A stretch of 64,000 bases of DNA from Azolla caroliniana (lineage: Eukaryota; Plantae; Polypodiophyta). Positions 1 through 13,200 of this stretch are shown here, piece after piece. The notes under the pieces are model-generated. The model ran no database searches, was not told the origin of the DNA, and saw only the letters and a program-made list of their open reading frames with translations. The DNA lies in NCBI GenBank assembly GCA_043228905.1, contig JBHGNT010000011.1, positions 18,786,001 through 18,850,000 on the forward strand, read 5' to 3'. The position numbers and the translations under genes are program-made. Within the stretch, counting starts at the first letter, position 1. Each line of letters opens with the position of its first letter.

Positions 1-29
1 TACTTCTCTCAAGATATCAAAGTATTATT

Positions 30-260
30 TGTTGGGAAAACATGTCCCTCCGGATGGCAAGGAGAGCACGAGCCGGATCAGTCGGATCCGAAGGAAACGA
101 GAGACCGGATCCGGATCCAGATCAGTGTCCGGATAGGCATCCGAAAAAGGACACATATGTAAATAAGTTTTGTGATGCACCTATTTAGGCTAGAGTTGTA
201 AATAGTCCTAAAGTTATATTCGTATAAATATAACTAGGGAAAAACATTAGAAGCGTGTGT

Positions 261-298
<38 letters not shown>

Positions 299-2798
299 CA
301 TAGCATCTCTGTTGTAACCGGCTACAGGCGAAGAAGAGGAGCTCGTAGGCAATGTTGAGGTCATTGCCTATGAGGCTCAGTGTATATCTCTCATAGTGAA
401 TTGTTCGGAGTCTTTGGGCTCTCGTGGTTTTTACCCGTTTGGGGTTTTCCACGTTAACATATGGTGTCTCCGTGTAAGTAAATATTTTTCTGATTTTCTA
501 TTTCCTCTCCCTTGTGTGTGAATATTTCTCAGATACGACGATGACAAATTTGTCTATTAGCTATGGGGCTTAGCCGAGAAGAAAGTGATTCGGAGCCAAA
601 ACATTGTCTTTATGGAAGAAAAGACAATTGTCGACTAGGAGAAAGAGAAGTCGAATACATACTCTCGACCAGTCGGAAGTCGAGCACTGACTGAAGTACA
701 AGGGGCGTCGACCAAATTTGGACCGAGAGTCGGATCAGTCAAAGGCTGATCGGGAGTCGGTCGTGTAGAGAATCGACAAAGTCAAGAGCCAACTGAGGAA
801 CAAGGGGAACCAGTCGAAAGAAGACCATCGACCGAACATGGATCTGAATCCGACTCGGATGAAGAGCCAACCGAAGAAGTAGAACAGGAGCTGACTGCGT
901 CGAATGGAGGTAGAAGATACTCTTGAAGAGAGAGGAGAGCCCCATGCAGATTTCCTGATAAAGAGTATGTACTACTAACCGACGAGGGGGAGCTGGAAAG
1001 CTTCGAAGCAAAGAGGGATACCCACAACCTAGATTGGTCAAGTGCCATGCAAGACGAAATGGATTCCTTGAATGAGAACCACACGTATGAACTGACTGAG
1101 CTGCCGAAAGGAAATAAGGCACTCCGGAACAAGTGGGTATACAAGTTGAAACCGGGAGATGGCGGGAATCCACCTAGATACAAAGCCTAAATTGTCGTAA
1201 AAGACTATCAACAGAAGAAGGGTGTAGATTTCGATGAAATATTTGCCCCGGTAGTGAAGATGACATCCATCTGGACAATCTTGAACATAGCGGTCGGCAT
1301 GGACCTTGAAGTCGAGCAACTAGATGTGAACACGACCATTCTGCATGGAGACCTCGAGGAAGAAATCTATATGCAACAACTGGAAAGATTCGCCCAAAAA
1401 GTGATGGAGAACCTGCCGGTTGAAGAAGAGCCTTTAAGGACTGAAGCAGGCTCCCCGACAATGGTACCGAAAGTTCGAATCCTTCATGGCCGGCCAAGGA
1501 TACCACAAGATGTAGGTCGACCATTGCGTGTTAGTGATGCAGTTCGATGGAGGAGACTTCCTAATCCTTGTGTTGTATGTAGATGACATGTTGATAGTCA
1601 GACGGGACCGTGTCAAGATCGGAAGCCTAAAGAGAGATCTGAGCAAGTCGTTCACGACGAAGGATATGGGTTTGACGAAGCAAATCGTAGGGATGCACAT
1701 AGTCCAAGACAGAACAAAGAAGTTGTTGTGGTTGTCATAGGAAAAGTAAGTGACAAAAGTGCTCCAAAGATTCAACATGGAAAGCTCAAAGCTAGTCGGT
1801 TTGACACTTTCGATGAACAATAAGCTATCCAGAAGACAAAGTCGGAGAAATTTGAGATGATGAAGGTACCCTATGCCTTAGCGGTTGGAAGCCTAATGTA
1901 TACAATGGTTTGTACCAGGCCGGACATTGGATATGTTGTCGAAGGCATCAGCTGATTCATGAGCAATTCGGGCAAAGAACACTGGGAAGCAATCAAATAA
2001 ATACTCTGATACCTAAGAGGTAGCTCGAGCATGTGCTTTCGATTCGGCTCATGTAATCCCATACTAGAAGGTTTTACTAATTCGGACATGTGGGATGATG
2101 TAGATACCATCCGGTATGTCCGGGTATGTTATGACTTATGCAGGGGGAGTTGTCTCGTGGCAATCGAGGTTGCAGAAGCTCGTGGCATTGTTGACCACGA
2201 AAGCAGAGTATATGGCTACATTGGAAGCCGACAAGGAGATAATTGGGATGAAGGAGTTCATCAAAGAGTTGGGGATTCGACAAGAAGAATTCTGACTCTA
2301 CTGCGATAACCAAAGTGCTATCCACGTTGCGAAGAATGTTGCCTACCACTAGGACTAAACACATCCAACCGAGATATCATTGGCTCCGGGAGTGGGTAGA
2401 AGAAAAGGAGTTTGCTCAGATGAAGATCCACACAGCGAAAAACGGATTAGACATGCTGACGAAGGTGTCGTCGTCAGAGAAGCTGAACGCATGTCGGACA
2501 CGGGTCGGATTGACGAAGCACCCCATGCTAGAGTGAAGGGGGAGTTTGGTGGGAAAACGATGTCCATCTAAATGGGAAGGAGAGCAGGAGCCGGATCAGT
2601 CAGATCCAAAGGAAAAGAGAGTCTGGATCCGAATTCGGATCCAGATCAGTGTTCGGATAGGCATCCGAGAAAGGAATCATATGTAAATAAGTTTTGTGTT
2701 GCGCCTATTTAGGCCAAAGTTGTAAATAGTCCTAAAGTTATATCAATATTAATATAACTAGGGCAAAACATTAGAAGTGTGATGTTCATATTGTTGTA

Positions 2799-2847
<49 letters not shown>

Positions 2848-3086
2848 AGCGTAGCATCTCTGTCTTAACCATCTACATGCAAAGAAGACGAGCTTATGGT
2901 CGCTGCCTACGAGGCTCACTGTATATCTCTCATAGTGAACTATTCTAAGTTTGTGGGTTCCTGTGGTCTGTTTGGGGTTTTCCACGTTAACATCCGGTGT
3001 CTTTGTGTAACTAAATCTTTTTCTGATTTTCAGTTTCCTCTCCCTTGTGCATGAATCTCGGTTGTGGCCAAACCCTATTTTCAACA
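30..3086 (+). mobile_element. Degenerate, internally deleted Ty1/Copia LTR retrotransposon (Tnt1/Tork-like)
   Basis: 5' LTR starts TGTTGGG at 30 and is truncated near 525. 3' LTR is 2547-3086, ending CAACA. PPT GAAGGGGGAG lies at 2535-2544. Near-TSD TTATT/TTATC. The interior holds stop- and frameshift-broken integrase C-terminus, RT (LYVDDML) and RNase H (RTKHIQPRYHW), homologous to the intact ORF at 29109-33182. Confidence 0.93.
2547..3086 (+). repeat. 3' LTR of the degenerate Copia, containing a (TG)n(AG)n microsatellite
   Basis: Direct repeat of 30-525, directly preceded by the PPT. Confidence 0.9.
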
Positions 3087-4207
3087 TTATCTACCTACGA
3101 ACCATGTGTCTTTCAAATGCCAAACACTATTATTGGCAATACCAAGCAAGGAAATATTATAGGACATCACCAAATACCAACCACACTTTTAGTGCCAATA
3201 ACTAATCCTCACATAAAAATAGAGCTCTTACAAGAAAATGAGCCAAAAACATCTATAAACTACCCTGATTTGAGTATTCTATGTTTTTTTTTGTTCATTC
3301 TTGGTTCTATGGGAGTTCTGATTTATAACTTCAAACAAGGATGAGATTTCCCTCTATAAGAGTTATTGGTCAAAGCTGGCAATATCCCATTTCTCTCATA
3401 TCCTAACATTTTGTATGCTTCCGGATGGCATGTCAATCCCTCTTTAATTTTTTACATCATAAACATGTTCACCATTTTATCACAGACTGCAAAACTCGTC
3501 TGATATGTAAAGCCACCAAGGCATCATGTTGCAGACCAAAAGTGAGAAATAAAGATTTTCACGACAAAAACGTAGAACCCATTGCAAATCTCCACCCGCA
3601 AATCACTTCACTGTTTTGATTATAAGAGCACAGTTGAAGATATTGATAAGAATGCTATTGAAACATTTTGGTTACTTGATATTTTACATTCTCTTGCATG
3701 GCTAGGTTGGCCTATAACACATGAAACTAAAATATTCTTAGTAACTTATAATTACAGAATACCCCCAAAATCTCTGGCACCACAAGAGTAGTTGAATATA
3801 TATATTTATATATGCACATTGGATACATGCCCGTGGTACACGATAATTTACAGTTTTTGTGTGATAAGCAATCAATTTCACTTGTTATTTCCCTGCATGT
3901 AAAGAGTTGCAGGGAATTTCTAGCTCCAAATTTATACAACTCACAACCACCCAATTGCAGTTTCCACAAAAACAACAAATATTTTGGGGTATACCAGTCA
4001 CAAACAAAAACCAGTCCGGATAAGATTCTGGCTCGGAATCTTGGCCAAACATAGTCGACCTGTTTAAATAGTATAGGCAAAACCAGTTTTACTGGAACCT
4101 CTACTTATGCCCTCAGTATTGTAAAAGGGGATAGATATTTGTGCATCAAAGTGCATATTCAGGCACAAGATGTTTCCATATAAATCTCTTGGACATCGAT
4201 GAAAATT

Positions 4208-7200
4208 TTAACCGAAACCAAAGCCCTCGCTGCCTTCATGGATAGCTAAGAGCAGCCTTTCCCGAAGCTGCTCAGTTGAGGCATATTCCGGAATATCCAG
4301 CTGATTAAAACTGTGTATGACAAGACACACCTCAGTGAGTACAATGAAAAGCAACAAAGACCACAGATATGATAAAAGTCATATTTACATTGATGAAATG
4401 CCTTGTGAATTCACTTCCACTACATACCATGTGTGAGCAGATGGAAGCCTCTCCGGAGGCCCATAGGCCTTATGGATCTGAAACTTCTGTGGACCAGAGA
4501 TTCCTTGCAATGCTTGGAACCCTTCAAGAGGAACCTGGATAGCAAAGGAGGCCTCATGAATACGTCCAACAGTTAAGTATTATAAATATTTAAGCACACT
4601 CATATCTAAGAAGATTGTACCTAGGTAATAGACAATATCAGTTACACGGTATACCGTACCTTAGATGTTCCAGTTATAAACTGCAGCAAGCGAGCCATGT
4701 CTTCCTTGCTAAACGCCTGCACAACTTCCCAAAACCATTGAACGACAGGGGAAGCAGCAGTGTAGCCAGTATACTCTGTATTCACCTTCAGATCTTCCAC
4801 TGCACAATGTCTTTTTATGAGACAAGCTGCAAAGGTTTTACCATTTGACCATGAAATAAAATAAAAGTGTACTTACAATCTATCTCCGGAAGACCACTGA
4901 TAAGCAGCTCCAATTCCTTATCATTGAATATTGATATCAGATCCCTTGATATAAGCTCATTAAACCCTTCAAGAAACGCATTGATCTGGGGGCGTATAGC
5001 AGTTGTCAGCCTATGTTCAGCAACCAGATCTACATACTCATGCTTGTTTTCTTCTGTGACTCTGATATTCCTGCCCTCAGGTATAAGTTCATGGTCCATA
5101 ACCTACAAAACTCAGTGAAATAAATAACTTCAATACAGTTCGAAGACTCTAAATCACTAAGGTGCAACAGTAACCGAACCAGATTTGATGATTTTTCTTA
5201 TATGTATGTATGTGATGCTGTGATGGAGACAAGAATATATTTATTTCAATCCAAGGTTGTTACAGCACTAACCATCATAGCATACATACATTTCTAGATT
5301 GTATGACCACTACACTATATGCAGTTCTTAAATACTTGGGTAAACTAAAGCATACACCAACTTAGTAGATTTAATATGCTGGAATAACCAAAGAGAAAAG
5401 ACATAGGCAATAGTACACCTCAGTTCTTTCATATAGGATATGTTTCTCCTCGTCAGCATCAATACTGAAGGTAAGGCCCAGAATATCAGTCACGACATTC
5501 TGCAACCACAACACAATAATTATCAATCACATATAGTATGATGCGCAAAAAGCAGCTAAACGACCTTCATCTTCATACCTCAAGAACCCATTTTAAGCTC
5601 TTATAGAAGTCTGGGTCTACAGCCTCAATGTCATGGTAAGTCACTTTCACTCCTAAGATATGTTTATAAAAGGATCGAGTAAAATAAACATCTAGAAGCT
5701 GGCCATCAAATAAGGCTTTGGCAACCTACAAAATTAATTATATATTAGTTTAACAAGCCATTTAAAACCTAACAAAAAATCAACTTAAAGAAAGTATTAC
5801 AACCACAGAAAGTTAAGAAAGAGTGATGAATTACAATCAATAAGCTAGCAGAGATGAAACGTACCACACGTCCCACAAATTTGAAGTATGACAGATGCTC
5901 TGTCTGATATACAGAGTTGGGGTTAGGCTGGAAGGAAGACTCATTGCCAACAGTCGTAAAGAGAAGGGCACCCTTATCAAAAATGACTCTCGATAGCAGC
6001 TGATACCATTCTCTGGTTAGCCCACCAGCATCTATACCCTCCTCACCTTGGAACTGCACCGTTAGGCGACCCTTCAGTTCCTCCGGAGTTCTCATTCTCA
6101 ATTGGTTATATGAGTCTTCCAAAACATACGCTCGTCTGACTCTTATACGTAATGGAGCGTAATGTTGCTGCTCATGCTGATGCCTAATACGTGATTTGAA
6201 ATAAGCCCTCTTATTGTCAAAGTCTATTAGCCTAGGAGCCTTTAACAGCAGAGAAAGTGACTTCTCCAATAACCCGGGATTCTGCCTCACGAATAAATTG
6301 AGTAAACGCCTATGCTTATCAGCAAACCTAATAAATGTCACCCCCTTATCATCAGCCTTCGTTAGCTGCAAGGATGTTGGCTCAGAAGTAGATGCAGAAC
6401 TTGCAATCTCTTTTATCTCACAAGCTGTTGCAGTAAGAAGTTCGTTGTTTACTTGAGATGCTGGAGATGATCTCAATTTGTCACAGAGGATGAAAAACCC
6501 TTCAATGAATGGCAAAAGTCTCTGTGTTCCTGGAGAGAGAGGTGGCATGACTGCAGCACTTCCGCCAGAAAATGTCGTGAGAGCAGTGCCAGGTGAAGAT
6601 GACGGTGATGTGATCAATCTGCTCTCAATCTTTATAGCACAGGTACTAAGAGCTTGCCACAGAGGCTCAATGTTCGTATTCAAATCTCTTATAACAGAAA
6701 TGCATTCATCTTCTTCTTTGTTCAGAACACCATCTTTACCACCCACTTTTGCCTTCAATGCACTGAGAGCTGAGAGAACTCTCAAGGTAGCTGCCCCAGC
6801 CATCGAATCTGCACTAAGTTGTATACTATCTGCATCACTAAGTGTATTGAGCTCCTTTACAGCAGATCCACTCAGTTTCTGTGCAGCATCAGCTAGTTCA
6901 GTGATAAATAAGCACCGATGAGGTGGTGCAATATCAGCAATCTTATTGAGGACCTCTGATACTCGAGAGTAAGCCAAGTCTGAGAGCCTGCATGAAAAAA
7001 TGAGTGAAGTCAAAAAGATTGTAAACGCCCATTAAGTAAAAGCATTAAATATGGCAGCATACCCTTCACGACCAAGTAGCAGGCACAGTTGACGAAGTTC
7101 CTCGCTAGGTAGATGAAGAAAGATAGTGAGGGGATCAACTTTTTTCTCTGAAGTACAAGTTGCTGTGTTCAAATGTTCCCCATCAGGGTGATCCTCACTT

Positions 7201-10200
7201 GGCCTAATTTCTGATTCCTGCCCACTGCTTGCTCCTGCAGCATTCTCACTATTCGACTCGAAAGTGCTAGATTCAGGTCGTTCTCTAGCTTCCTGGTTAG
7301 TCTCTATAGCAGATATGCCGGCTTGTGATACATGGGACTGCACTATTTCACAAGCTTTGCTCGTTACAACTTCAATCAGACCCAACACCTGACACAAAAT
7401 AATACGTTAGCAGCTAACATTTAAATAATAAAACAAACATGAAGAAAAGCTTACCTGCTCCAAATGGGCACTACTTCTAGAATAAAGTGGCTGATTAAGC
7501 AATTTGAGAAGCAGAATTAGAGGAATCTGGCCCTTCAAATTTGAACCAGAAGATTCTTCCATCATCTCATCTTCCACCTTCTCTTTACCCTTCTCCATCA
7601 CCTGTTCTGAAACCTCCGTCTTTCGTTCAAGGCTTGCCATGGGTTCAGAATACAGTAGCAAACTTGCAACTAAAGCCTTGTGTTTTGCCAAGTAGGTCAA
7701 AATCTCTAATATGCGGCGGGAGACAAGAGGGGGAACTCCTACAAAGGTGAACAAACTTTAATCAGTGAACAAAAATAGATATGAGAAAAAACAAATACTC
7801 TGCTTCCCTTATGTTTACCATCTGAAAGCTGAGGGCGTGCATACACGATATTTGATTGACAGCCATAAAGCCGATGTGGGGGTGCCCCATCAGCAGATAA
7901 ACCATTGGTAGAGTCTCTAGCCCCATTGGGTCTGAGCATGTCCAACAACAATTGAACTAAAGTTGCACATGTAAGACTGTGAGAACAGAGATTATAGAGT
8001 AACCGTTGCAAAATGCCCTTCCCTAAAGGCTGAAAAACACAAAGACAATATGAAACAAGGGAAATTTAAGAAACGAATCAAAGACAACCCCACAATTCCA
8101 AAAGCAAACACAAACCAAACCTGAGCTAATCGGAGCAGCCTCAAAATAGCCTTAAGAGCAGGAGTATCAACCAGAGCTTTTCCTTCTTCCAGATTTTCTT
8201 TGTTACCAGAAGATACGACACCAGATGTTGTCCTTCGCCCTGGTTCAGAGCTCAAACCACTTCCCACAGCCCGATCTATAGCATCAGATATTCCTCTAGA
8301 ACCAATATCCATGATATTACGCCTACCTCCAAGTCTGTGAGATAAGCCAAATATATTACGAGATTGAAGTTGGCTCATTGCCCTTTCACGAAGCAAGCGA
8401 GCCTCCGCCAAGAGGGCAGGAGGAAGTGCAGCAAGCACTGATTCAGATGATGTTAAAAGTACCTACAATTCAGATGTTACGACCATGAATAAGTTAGCTA
8501 ATGAGAGAGGATATTTTTCAAATGAAGAATCCAAATATTAAAGGATTTCTTCACACCTCTTCTCTAAGCTCTGCTGGGAATGTTGCAATGATAGATGCAC
8601 TGTCCATATCCACAGGCTGTCCTTCCAGGTGATGAGCCTGAATTATCCTTTGCGCTTGCTGCTGTGCAAGTACTTCAGCCTGGATTTCTGGGGGAAGAGC
8701 TGCAAGGAACTCTGGATCAATATCTTGAACAGAAGAAGGTTGGTGTTCCTCAGTCCTGGTTGGTTGTGTTTGTTGAGAAGCTAATACTTCAGCTCTCAAA
8801 TCCTCTGGAAGGGCCTCTAAAAATGTGGGATCAATCGAGTTCCGAGATATATCTGTTTGTTCCCCTAGCAATGATTCACCCCCGTCTTCAGCATGCTCTG
8901 CAGAACCAGATTCCATAGGTCTATTGTTATCTACAGCAGATGGCTGATCAGAGCAATCCTCAAGAGCAACACCCTCCGTTTGTGCCTCTCCTCTCTGTAC
9001 ATTAACTTGTCTTGTTCTTCCATCTGCTCTTGTCATATTTGCAATTTCACTGGATGGATGGCCTGCGTCAATCCTGTCCGAAACAGCAGCTCTATCACTT
9101 TCATCATGGCCATCAGCACTACCTATCTCCACCTCCAAGCTTCGTAGACTCTCGCCAACTGTTGCTCCACTTCCACTACTGTCCTGGCTGGTAGCTTCTA
9201 TGTCTTTTACAGCAGATCCTGTTCTTTGATCATGCATATGCACATCAAGACCTGCATTTGGAAGCTGGTCATTTAGCCCTTCCCCCACATTAAGTGCAGT
9301 GTAAGATGAACCTTCATTCTGCTGGGCCTCTTCAGATAAATTCACCAGAGGATTGGTTGGATTTTCTTGAGGGTGTTCATGAGCAAGAGATGCAGTGTCA
9401 GCTTCCTCTCTACCAATGGACAGTTCTGGGGCTCTGGGAGCCATATCAACCAAGTCTGACATATGCCCATCGGCAACAGGTCCGCTAGAGGGTTGTGCAC
9501 CTGAAGTTGGAGAAGAGAACTGTGATAGAAACTGTTCTTCAAAAGCTTGCGCGAGAGCCACATCGATAGCTCCTCCCTGCAACTGACCATCATCTGTCCA
9601 GCTACTAAATTGTCCATCAGCTCTGCTGCCTCGCCTTCCCACCCTTGGTAACATAGGGAAATCTAGAAATACATCCTGTCCTCCAACACCACGATCTCCG
9701 AAGAGTCCATCTCCTACATGATCAACCATTGTACTATCATACCATGTATAGAGCTGAGAAACATCTAGACCATCATTTAAAACTGCCTCAGCCTCTTGAC
9801 CTACAAGAACTCCTGTTGAAGCCCAAGGAGAGGATACAGAAAACCCACCTGATCCTGGTACATTTGGCCGATTCAAAAGAGGGTGGCGTGAACTCCGGGT
9901 AATTTCAGTTCCTGTTCTGTCAAATGTCCTGTAAGAGGATCCGCGGCGCCGATCTAATCCACCTGGACGACGGAATGCACCAAAGAGGTAATCAATATTC
10001 ATTCCCTGGAAAGGATCTACCTGGTTAGCAGTATCCGTGGGACCAAGTACTTGGATGTGATTAAAGCCATTTGCCCCATCTCTCCAACGTACTCCAATTA
10101 TGCGATTCTCACGCCATTCATCCTCGTCCTCATCCTCTTCACCTTCTTCTGCCATATCATCATCATATTCTTCCTCTAGCTCATGTTGATCGGGGTCTTC

Positions 10201-13200
10201 AGCATCTGTGTCCGGAGGTGATAATGCAACCTCATCCTCCAACTCGTCATCATCTTGCTCATCTTCTTCATCCTCATCTTCCTCTTCCCCAGCATCATCA
10301 TCCATATCCTCATCATCATCTTCGTCCTCCCCCAAGTCATCTGCATCTCCATGATCTATCCTAAACGTCATTGTAGCACCAGCTACATCTCCTACTTCTG
10401 CATCAGGCATAAAGTCTTCATCTTCAGTTTCCAAGTGCACGTCATCATCCTCCTCGTCATCCCCATTGGCAACTTCATCCAAGCCCATGTCATGATCCAA
10501 CTGCTCATCATTCCTCATATCATCGTGCACAAGAATTCTTCTGATAGCCACTTGCAAGTCTTCTCGCAGTGATGCCTCCATCTCATCAATGTTTTGGATA
10601 TCGGGTGGTTGGGCATTAGAAAAGATCAGTCCATTTTCTGCATCAGTAGCATTCTCCAAGTTCCTTTTTGAATCAGTCATGTCACCCACACTAGCAGCTC
10701 GTGTTAATGCTTCCAGTGCTTTTGCAATTCCACTAACAAGTTTCGGCGCATCTGGATGATCCAAGTCAATCACTTGTATTAACGTAGTAAGAGCCTGCAC
10801 CAGATCAGTTTCAAGCATTGCCTTGGCCATTTCTGTTGAAATGCCAGGGGACTGACCATTGCCAGAGGATGTGTGCGATAAAAGAACCGTGTTCAAAAAA
10901 TCAATGAAGGCACACATTTCTTTGTCTGGAGCTTGTGAGCCCTCCTGACTGCTTGCATCTGGAGAGCTTGAAGCACAAATAAGAGATCTGGAAATTTCTG
11001 AAAACAGTCGCCTCCTACCTTCAGCTGATCTCATGCAAACTGCAACAAGGAACTGAACTGCTTTGCTAGAAAGCTTCTCTTTCAACTCATGTTCAGGTGA
11101 ATTTTCAGTGATACTAGATCTAAAATTCGGTACAAGCTTATGAAGGATACCATGCAGAAGACCGCCATGACCCACAGCCTCAGTGTGAAAGATGTTTTTT
11201 CCTTGGCTGGTCTCTGTGTCCCGCCTGAGGACAACAGTTGAAGATGATGAATACATGAGAATAATATCTGTGGTCAGCTTCAAAATGAAGCTTACTTTAG
11301 CAAGGGTAGCAGAACTTTCTGACATGGACGATTTATCTGATTTATCTGATTTCTCTGTATCGTCTACTTTTGCTTTACCTTTACCTTTGACAACCACTTC
11401 ATCCACCTCCATTGAAGTGGGAATAGTTGGGGTACTAATCTTCAGAAATCCAGAAGCTATCTTTTCTGGAGGCACAAAATTAATAATAATATCAAGAAGC
11501 TGCTCCATCACATGTGAAAAACTTTGAGGTACCTTCTTGTGGCCCTTCAATGATTTTGATCCTTCAATGATTTTTGGACCACCAACGGTGTTGTCATCAT
11601 GACCTTTCTTCTCCTTGTCCTTCTCAGAACCCCTATCTTTTTCTCTCTCCTTTTCCTTTTCCTTGTGTTTTGATAATACTACATACAGCCTTCCCCCAGA
11701 CTCTTCAATTTGGCAGAGTGCTGACGCAGCCTGCATAAATATTTTGGGATCCCTTGCAACAACCCTCGCCATTGTCGTCAAAAACGTTCTTGGAGAAATG
11801 CGGTTGTTGTGACGGCTTGGGGATGTTGTTAGTGCATGTCGGATTTCTGATTCCATTGCTTGTTGCAGTGTTTGAGGATCCTCAAGAAGATGCCGAATGA
11901 TCGCAGCAGCCACATTGTCAAAGCCAGTAAACAAGCAAGTCCTAGGCAAACTGAGTAAAGCTGACAGACCACCATTATCAAGGAACTGCATGGCAATAGA
12001 GTGAACTTTAGTTAGCCTTGCAGATAATTGAAGTATCGCCTGAGCTGGTGCTGAAGACAGTGGCATAGAGAGCAGGTTGCAGGCAACTGCCATTGTTCTT
12101 TTCTGTTCTTCCTCAGTCATATAGCCCGTGGGCTTCCCCAAGATCGCCTCCCAAGAATTCCTGTGTGTTAAATCAGCGTCAGCTTTTTGGTCTTCAGTGC
12201 TCACCTTCGACGAGTCAGCTGTTATTTCATCAGAACCACCCCCAGAATTTTGCAGAGTCGAATCAAGCTTAGGTCTATGTTGCAGCATAGAATCAAGAAC
12301 AAGCAGCAATGACGTAACCCATTTTGGTACAAATGGCTTATCTCCACTAACTGACACTGGTTTGAATGAGCTAAGAAAATCAAGGGCAATGGATGCAATT
12401 CCGTTTTTAGAAGCAGCTTCTCTGGAAATTGTGTCCTCTGACAAGATCAATGCCAGTAAGTGAGACACAGTTGACAAAGGACAATCGTCGGTCATTGAAT
12501 CCTCTACCTTGAAAAGTTTCACTTCCTGAATAAGATAAGAAATAACTTTTTGCCGATCTTCCCCCTTGTTGCGAGTGCACATCGTAACTATTAAATCTGC
12601 TACAGAAAAAATAATTGTATTGGATCTATAAAGCAAGTTTAAGCTAGACACAAGCATATCATTGACTGGAAGAAGTCGTGGTCTCGATTCTTCGATGTTG
12701 GTGTCTTTTCCCTTGCCACTTGTATCTTCATTGGTTGAATCACTTCCACTTCCTAGAGATAGTGCCAAAGCCCGCGCAAGCTCATCTTCTTCTTGAACAA
12801 CCTCTTCAGGATGGCCAAACAACCATTCCATTGCTAATTCAACACGGTTGTTCCCAACTCTCCTTAACGCTTCCTCAGCCCTAGCTCTTGGGAAACCCAT
12901 TTCAACAATTAATGAAATTGCAGACTCGTCTGGAGGCGATGACTGTTGCCTATTAGCTGTGGTCCCTACATCTGGAGTTTGCTGTACCCTTGTATCTGTC
13001 ACATCGGTGTAAATATGCTTTATTATGGAGACAATTGACCCAATAAAGGATGGGTTACATTGTGAAAACATAGGATGATTCCACAAAGGAAGTACAATTT
13101 CCAGAACCTGAGCTTGAAGGGCCAAAACAAAGTGCTCTGGATCCTTTGGGGTGGGAACAGTCCTTCCACTGACATACTGAACTAAGAATTGTACCATAGA

